The notes under the pieces are model-generated. The model made no database searches and was not told the origin of the DNA. It saw nothing but the letters and a program-made list of their open reading frames with translations. Below are positions 24,936 to 64,000 of a stretch of DNA of 64,000 nucleotides, in pieces. The first letter of the stretch is position 1. Each line of letters begins with the position of its first letter. This DNA is from Tubiluchus corallicola (taxonomy: Eukaryota; Animalia; Priapulida). Location of the stretch: contig JAQGDQ010000416.1 in NCBI GenBank assembly GCA_030141605.1, forward strand, positions 62,001-126,000, given 5' to 3'. The position numbers were made by a program, and so were the translations under genes.

Positions 24936-26503
24936 AGTGCAGCAGTCATTATACTCATGTGTCTGTAGTTAATAAACACTTTTCTGTGCAAATATGTAGT
25001 ATAGTTTTTTATTATCGTTCTACAAAGTCAGTGATCTACAACTTTAAACATGACTTTCACACGGTTTATCCATATTAGTAAAGGCTGGCACCTTTGAAAT
25101 GCGCTCTACAATCAATACTTTTCTACTGTAATTGTCCCGAAAAAGGGAAAATGTGTGGAAACGTTGGGACTGAGACACACGAATATACAATTTTTTAAAA
25201 CAAAACCCTACGGAAGAGTCAGCGGACTTCAGCTTTATTGCATCAAATCTAGACAACTTGCTTAATCTAATACCTTATAAAGGCTGGATTTTACTCTGTT
25301 ATTTTAAGAGGGTGGTTAGTATACTCAGCATTCTTAAGGGGGTGGTTAGTATACTCAGTGAATGACCATGACAGAGTCAATCTGAAAATTGCAAGTGCAG
25401 AACACTGTCGTGGTGACTTTTGCGACGACAGTAAAACAAAAACGAGAATTTTTCCTTCTGCCATAACGCTAAATTTATTCCTTTTTCGAAAGCGTAATAT
25501 ACATGTTTTCTGTTTCATATCAACTCGACCACTCCTAACTTCTTTTAACTAGGTTAACTCCTCGAACCAGTTCGTACAGTTACACGTAAATTAATTCGCA
25601 ATGGCTTCTTTACGGCGGGCGAATCGTGAAGCCCAAACTTCACGACAAACACCGTAAAAACAAATTAAAGTATAAGTGTTGTTTTATTGTAGCATTAAAT
25701 TAAAGTATAAATGTGGTGTGATGTAATGTTTTTATTTTTTATATGGCTTTTTATGCTGCAATAAAGTAATCTAATCTAATCTAATGAAAGAACAACAGAT
25801 GTGGAAACGGCTTAAAGATGTATAAGGAGTCTAGCTTTCTATTCGTATACTACATGTATGACGAAGTATTGTGATATTTAAAAAGCAATGGTCATTGTAC
25901 AGGTGCACCACAAAAAATGGTGGATTATGTAGAAATAAAATATGGCTTCTAATGCGGTCACCCAGGCATCACACCTGAACGCTTTTAGTCAATACCTGGA
26001 CGTTTGTGTCAACCATAATGTGTATTTTACCTTTGTGTAAACACAGAAAGTTCATCAAGAGCACTTGCAGGCGATATTTCATGTGATGTCACGGGCTAAA
26101 AGCAACTCAAACAATTAATCACACGGGAAGTTAAATGCTTTCTGGCGACTACTATACGTGCCTGGGTAATTTAATTAAATAAAGTACAATATGTGCAGAT
26201 AGTAGACGAGTAATGAAAAAGCAAACTAAGCAAAGTATTAAGAAAGCCCACTGACTAGAAGCTTACGTCTTCATCTTCATTTGTTTCATTTAATACGTAA
26301 TTTTTATTAAAAATATTAAAAATATTTAAAAAAGTATAAAACATAAAATCAGGATAAAACGTACATACAGCACAGATAAAAAGGACTGGGTAAAAGCACA
26401 GGTAAAAGCACAAAGATCCAAGGTTACTTGTAGGTGTCTGTTAAACGATGTTATTAAGATTTACATCTTTTAAACATTTCTGACCACAGACTAAGCGCGT
26501 TAC

Positions 26504-27729
26504 TACGGAGCCCCTAAAAAGAACATACGAAATTTTTTTTAGTCATTCCCTTAAGTTATTAAGTCGTTCCCCCGAGTTATTAAGTCGTTCCCCGGAGTTA
26601 TTAAGTCGTTCTCCCAAGTTATTAAGTCGTTCCCCGAGTTATTAAGTCGTTCCCCCGAGTTATTAAGTCGTTCCCCTGAGTTATTAAGTCGTTCCCCGGA
26701 GTTATTAAGTCGTTCTCCGAGTTATTAAGTCGTTCCCCGAGTTACTAAGTCGTTCCCCCGAGTTATTAAGTCGTTCCCCGGAGTTATTATGTTGTTCCCG
26801 CGAGTTATTAAGTCGTTCCCCCGAGTTATTAAGTCGTCCCCCGAGTTGTTAAGTCGTTCCCCCGAGTTATTAAGTCGTTCCCCGAGTTATTAAGTCGTTC
26901 TCCCAAGTTATTAAGTCATTCCCCCGAGTTATTAAGTCGTCCCCCGAGTTATTAAGTCGTTCCCCGAGTTATTAGGTCGTTCCCCCGAGTTATTAAGTCT
27001 TTCCCCCGAGTTATTATGTTGTTCCCGCAAGTTATTAAGTCGTTCCTCGGAGTTATTATTTCGTTCCCCCAAGTTAATGATTAATGTTGCCTATGCGCCA
27101 TGTTAATTCCTGGAAATGCTTGAACTTGAATTAAATTGTTCAAGCGAGGTACATAAAATCAGTTACATAAGTAGTTTCCTACGTGAGCTGGCATTTTTTC
27201 CGCCTACAGCTTGCCCTCTCATTGATATGGATAAAAAAGAACAATATATAATTTTGATAGCAAATAATTTAATATTCATTCAGCCTCCGTGCATTTTAAT
27301 GCATTTAGCTAACGTTATTTTACATGTATAACCATGTGGTTGACTGGAACAATAAAATTGCACCTAACTTACTAAGTCATAGTACTTTTAAAGAAACCTT
27401 CTTAGCAACGATAATGAGTTTTTTATATGCCTTTCGCTGATATCTATTCTATATTTAATAGCAAATACTTCCACAATACACTCAATGTCATGCCAAAATC
27501 AAAAATAGTATTATATGCACTGCACCTTATACACAATATACAATTCCTGACGGCAATTCCAGGAATTAACATGACGCATAAACAACATTAATCCTTAACT
27601 TGACTTAGTAACTCGGGGAAACGACTTATTAATTCGGGGTAGCGACTTAATAGCTGGGGGAACAAGTTAACAACTGTTAACAAGTTAACAACTGGCGAAT
27701 TGTTAATTTTTTTTCCTTATGTCCTATAG
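26504..27729. mobile_element. Foldback-type non-autonomous DNA transposon with asymmetric arms
   Basis: Left terminus TACGGAGCCCCTAAAAAGAACATA. 27072-27119 is the inverted copy of 27552-27600. The ~21-bp unit recurs inverted at 27605-27665. The right terminus is truncated. Confidence 0.75.
26545..27075. repeat. 20-21-bp minisatellite (GAGTTATTAAGTCGTTCCCC(C)), ~25 copies
   Basis: Head-to-tail copies with no unique spacers. Confidence 0.95.
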
Positions 27730-29409
27730 TTACTATAGCTGGAAGTCAGCCAATAAACAGACAAAGTTCATAAGAATTATTAATGACAGAACAACAGTAT
27801 ATTTACATCTGTTATTCGGACTGGACAAGCAAACGGACTAAAGTAACTACGTAGCACTGTAAAAATAGGCGTTCAGGGTTGTTTTATAATATTACTGAAA
27901 GTAGCTTTTTGGCCACTTAGCTAACATGACACTCAACATGACGCTAACATAAGCAGTGGCTGCTAACCACGCTAACAGCCAGGATGCGCAGCCTGTTAAA
28001 ATGAAACATTTTGATGTAAACTTTAAAGCCTTGCTCGTGAAATTACCACGAAGCTTGTAAAGTGTAAAATGGCATGGATTAGTGAGCAAGTCTTCTCACT
28101 GTGTTATTACTTGGTCATCGGATAGCAGAAACAGAAACTCAGTAGCTAAGTAAATCTATCGCATTTTCAAAGCAAACACGTACGTAGTATATCCACATTC
28201 ACTGAAGAATACACTAATGACAACATTATAAAGCGCGAGCTACTAATTATTCAGCTCAGCGAGGGAATAAACATTGCAAAATCTGCTTTTATCACAACGA
28301 CAAATACTCCCCGCTAGCATGAGGCATGTAAGAACAGTCTGCATGTCTCCGTGGAAAGACTTTATGAAACGAAAAGTAAACAGTACTAGTATAGGAAAAC
28401 CAAAAGACAATTAAAACTCCTTCAGGACCGCAACTTTCAAAATAAGTCTTGATTTAAAACTTTTCTGCTACTGTATGAACACAGACGTAACTAAATGATT
28501 GTACATTCGATACAGTTCTATTCAAGAGAATCCGAGATTCTATCCAATCATGCTATTTATTTAAACATTTATAAGTGATTTAATTGAATAAAACTAAGAA
28601 GAACACGCCCATTTCAGGCATTCCAATTTAGACAATGAAACAGCATAACCTGGTGTACACTTGCGCGATCGAACACACTACTTTTATTGATCGCATGCTT
28701 GCTATTTATTGATCACCAAGCGTCATACTGAGTTATATAACTTTGACGCAAAGTTTTTTGGGCTATACTATAAAATTCACTTTTCTTCATCTTTAATCAT
28801 CTTGTGGTGCCTAATGTCGTGTAGCTTATGCACCATATCTCATGTCAAAACACTGTCTTGTCAAAAGCGTGCTGAAAGTACATATCAAAAGGCATGGAAA
28901 AGATTTTGGGAAAATACGCAACGCATGTGACATGTGCGATGCAGTTTCAAAACTTTTGCACTGTCCAACGCCCGAGACAAGTATGTATTAGCATTTAGTT
29001 CGTTCTCTATACCTGAACTTTATAATAACCTCGCACTATTTTCACCCAGTCAACTACTTTCTGTCACAGTGTAGAACAGAATGTACCTGTACTTACTTTA
29101 GTCAGATGTGCTGAGCTTACAAGCACGTTCATCACGCGAAAATTTTATGCGTTGGAGAATCTTATTACAAAATCACGATGCTTTACAAACCACTTATGAT
29201 GAATCTCATTTTTTCGATTTTTGTCAGAAATATTCTTGAAATCTGAATCCATTTCTGCATGAAATCGGATCCTGATTGCAAGAGCAATTTCACGAAACTT
29301 GACAGTATACTTTTCTTACCGCTACATATGCAGAAATGTGAAGCAGTTCTTGAATTAAATGTGAAACTGTCAGTATAAAACGTAAAGGCTTGCTTTGCTT
29401 CAGCTGTTG

Positions 29410-29797
<388 letters not shown>

Positions 29798-31163
29798 CGA
29801 GTATTTTTTTATCTACTCAGCCTACTCAATATCCTACTCAACAAAAGACAACTAAATGAAAGCACTTGTTATTTAAACTAAATAGATCGTATGTGCCCCT
29901 TGTTGCCTCGCCTTTGTTGATCACCCAGAGATGAAAATTTCATCTAATATTGATGAAAAAGATTTTGTCAACAATGAAATGCTTTAGCGACAAAAATGCA
30001 GCAGCTGGCTTCCTCGCGTATACGCAGGCGCTTTGTTTAGAACATGCGCCTATGTGATGAAAAGAGAAACACGCTGTCCACTCTCTTAATGCGTACGTGC
30101 ACTGATCCAGGGCCAGCGATAGTCTCTTCTCTGGCTTTTTTCCGATAATATTTGAAAAGATGAGAATATGTTTATTCAACAGGGAACTAGCAGCGTGAAA
30201 GCGCCTACTCGTGATACACGCATTTGTTGATTTGCGCGAGCCTGCATGTAGGCAATTAGGGCGATTATATACGAACTGTGACAATTTGCTGAAGCCACTC
30301 TGTCAAAATCACCTGCATTTTGCAAATGCGTCAGAAATACCGATTTCATGTGAAATGTGGTATTAATCTCGTCGTACAAGTTTAGCATGAATAAATGCAA
30401 ACCTAATGTAACGTGTGTGCATTGTAAAGAAGGCAGTCGACTTTGACGTTTTTTGCTGTGAGAATGATTATCGATGAAAGATCAATCATTATTGATTGAC
30501 GCTCAGCAAAATAAGTTCAACGTACATAAAATAGTGAGCACTTTTGCTGTGAACTGTTTATATGGATACTAATTCAAAAACAGAACTTATTGTCTACTTA
30601 AATTTAGTCATCTACATGTGTAGCCTCGATGGCCACAGTCTGCGTGAGTTGTTTTTAGCATCCGTTCATGGATCCGCCCCAACAGTGTCGCCTTGCCGTA
30701 TTGGATTTAATGGAATATTTCTATTTTGTCAATAGTATTTCAAGCAAAACGTATTTCCGTCGAAATATATTGCCGCTCATTGATCGTGTATAATATTACA
30801 CGCACAGTGTTAAAGCCAGGACAGTGATTGCCTGACACCAGTAGCCTGAACAGCGGGTGCCTCATAACGCACAGTCCCAATCAAGCGTCTTTAAATTAAC
30901 GGAAATCGCGTGACCGTTTAAAGTCGAAAATCGAATTGCGTCAACAGCAAGAAATTACGCGGTTTACGCAGCTGCTACATGTGAACTTGCCAGAAAAAGT
31001 TCACCTTCTGACAGCAATGACTCAACTGTAGACAAGTGAAAAAATACTTATTTTAAACCACACGGTTTACATACTTTTTATATCTTTTATACCAAAAACA
31101 TAATTATAGAAACCGCAGAAGCCATACTTTTGCATACAATAAAGTAAAAAAGTTATAGACAAA

Positions 31164-62176
<31,013 letters not shown>

Positions 62177-64000
62177 TTAAAATTTCCCTTACCGAATATC
62201 CGTTTAGACGGACATAAATATACAATAAAGAGTGACCAAGGGTGTTGCCACACTGGCAGAGAATGTACCAAAGAGAAATAGTTCACAAAAGAAGCAAAAG
62301 AAAAAGAAGACAGAGCGAAAAATTAATGTTCTTGAAAGTGAAAAATAGGATTCCACGGTGAAGAGACACATAAACATGTCCGCGACCGCAGAAAATGTGC
62401 CAAAACGAACAGGCACAGTGAACATGTTTATGAACACAGCTGTTCATAAGAGTAAAGAATGAACAGCTGTTCATAAGAGTAAAGCATGATCACTATGTTA
62501 ACATATTCACTAAATTATAGAAAATACCAGAATGGGCAGACCCAATAAACGAGGACCGAGAAGGAGCTAGGATAACAAAATTTAATGACATAAATAAGCT
62601 AAACTCGGCGAAGACGTTAATGAAAATAGAAAAGTGCCAGAACATGCTGATCGACCTTCTATATTCATAGCATCAGTAAAAACATCAGGAGACAAAACCA
62701 GCGACATGGCGATAAGAAATGAACATCTTAACGAGAGCTGAGAAAGTCCCAAAACAAAGATTCCCAAAACACATGTTATCGAATGTGGCAAATGATTACA
62801 GACCAGCTGAAAATGTTCAATAAATTAAAAAGCATGTATATCAGAGATTGGATCACATGCCTACGCCAGGATTAAAGTGTTCAAATGAGAAAAAAGGCAC
62901 TGCGTGGTATTTCACTTGATAAAGTGTGTTTCTGGCACACTATAAGCGATTTCTTGAACATCTTAACTAGAATGAAAAGTGGACGACACTGAATAACAAG
63001 CCAATGAACGCGCTCTTAAGAGCAAAAATTGCACTCAAACTAGGAGACTTGGTAAATTCAGATTCAAAATTGAGGTGGAACGCGGCAGAACGCAGTTGCA
63101 CTCATTAAAACGTCTCGTTTGTTAATAATTGACCAGTATAAGAGTTCATGGAGCGAATCTCTTGAGCTTACAATCATGTCCAAGACTTCTTAGCACCTGA
63201 TAATTCTTTTTTCGATAATTTTACTACGAAATAAGTAAAAGCAAATGGCTGTAACCAGGCACACAATTGTCATAAAAAATCAAATTTTTGTTCTAACTTA
63301 AATTTCTTGCTCATTTTCATTTGTTTGTTGTTTTTGCATTGAAGTACGCATCGAAGAACGGATTGATGACACGTTTAAAAATGATGAAGATTTCTCGTGA
63401 TGTTCCTTCACAACATACGCAGCCTACACACGCTTTTTATTAGAAGCTGGTTTGTTATGAAAAAACGGTTTTTTAATACGGGCTGAATCAAGGTTATAGG
63501 CACCGCAGTATATCGGTGTATAGGCCTCATCTTTACTTTTGTATCAAATACCAAAGGCATGAGGTCCCAAACACTTTTATTTCTTTGTGCCTGAGGACTC
63601 AAAATAACACAAAATCTATAATAAAGTGGACTTTGATGAGGTGCCCATTTTTATTTCATTATTTAATGCCAGCAGGGTCCTAGTGCCTAAAGCCTCACTA
63701 TTATTTGGAAAAGCAAAGATGCAGCCTCAGACCCCAACTTATAGATGGGGCCTCAGGCCTCACCCGTTGATTCACTGCAGCACTGTAGACCTGAGCTTTA
63801 TTTGTAAACAACATTTGCTACATATACAGGCTTATAACAATTTAACTTAATGTGGGTGTGACATATATAGTGCAGACCCTATAAATTCTTATTTTTACAT
63901 GGCTTACTTTTTTGAACGAAATTGTACCTCGTCAGCAACATAATAGGTTTCAGTATCATCGCCTTTCATTCTAAAATTCATTTTTTCTGTCACTACAATC

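Noticed and set aside
26545-27075. CRISPR-like regular array
   Set aside because: Units are head-to-tail with no unique spacers, there are no cas genes, and the context is eukaryotic. It is a TE-associated minisatellite.

Overview
AT-rich, intron- and repeat-rich animal (invertebrate bilaterian-like) genomic DNA, with no prokaryotic features. I reconstructed two divergently transcribed multi-exon genes by hand using GT-AG sites and consistent phases. (1) On the minus strand is a complete cyclooxygenase / prostaglandin G/H synthase with 10 coding exons (22144->7227, ~588 aa), a signal peptide, EGF domain, intact catalytic residues, COX-2-like Arg513/Val523 and a C-terminal KDEL. (2) On the plus strand is a cyclic nucleotide-gated channel alpha-type subunit with 5 coding exons (31164->62176, ~857 aa, 24.3-kb first intron) whose pore reads TMIGDLP instead of TTIG(E/D). 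The rest is a dense TE landscape: hAT-type MITEs with 8-bp TSDs, foldback elements with expanded subterminal minisatellites, Helitron-like copies, LINE fragments, and a decayed Penelope-like element (RT + GIY-YIG) with a possible degenerate hammerhead ribozyme and a LINE inserted at its stop codon. There are also long microsatellites, including a complementary (TTCA)n/(TGAA)n pair inside the large channel intron. I found no clearly new multi-gene system. The best leads are the atypical channel pore, the COX-2-like invertebrate COX head-to-head with the channel, the intronic long-range duplex and a decayed coding-like repeat after the channel stop. Comparisons to reference proteins are from memory, not from database searches.
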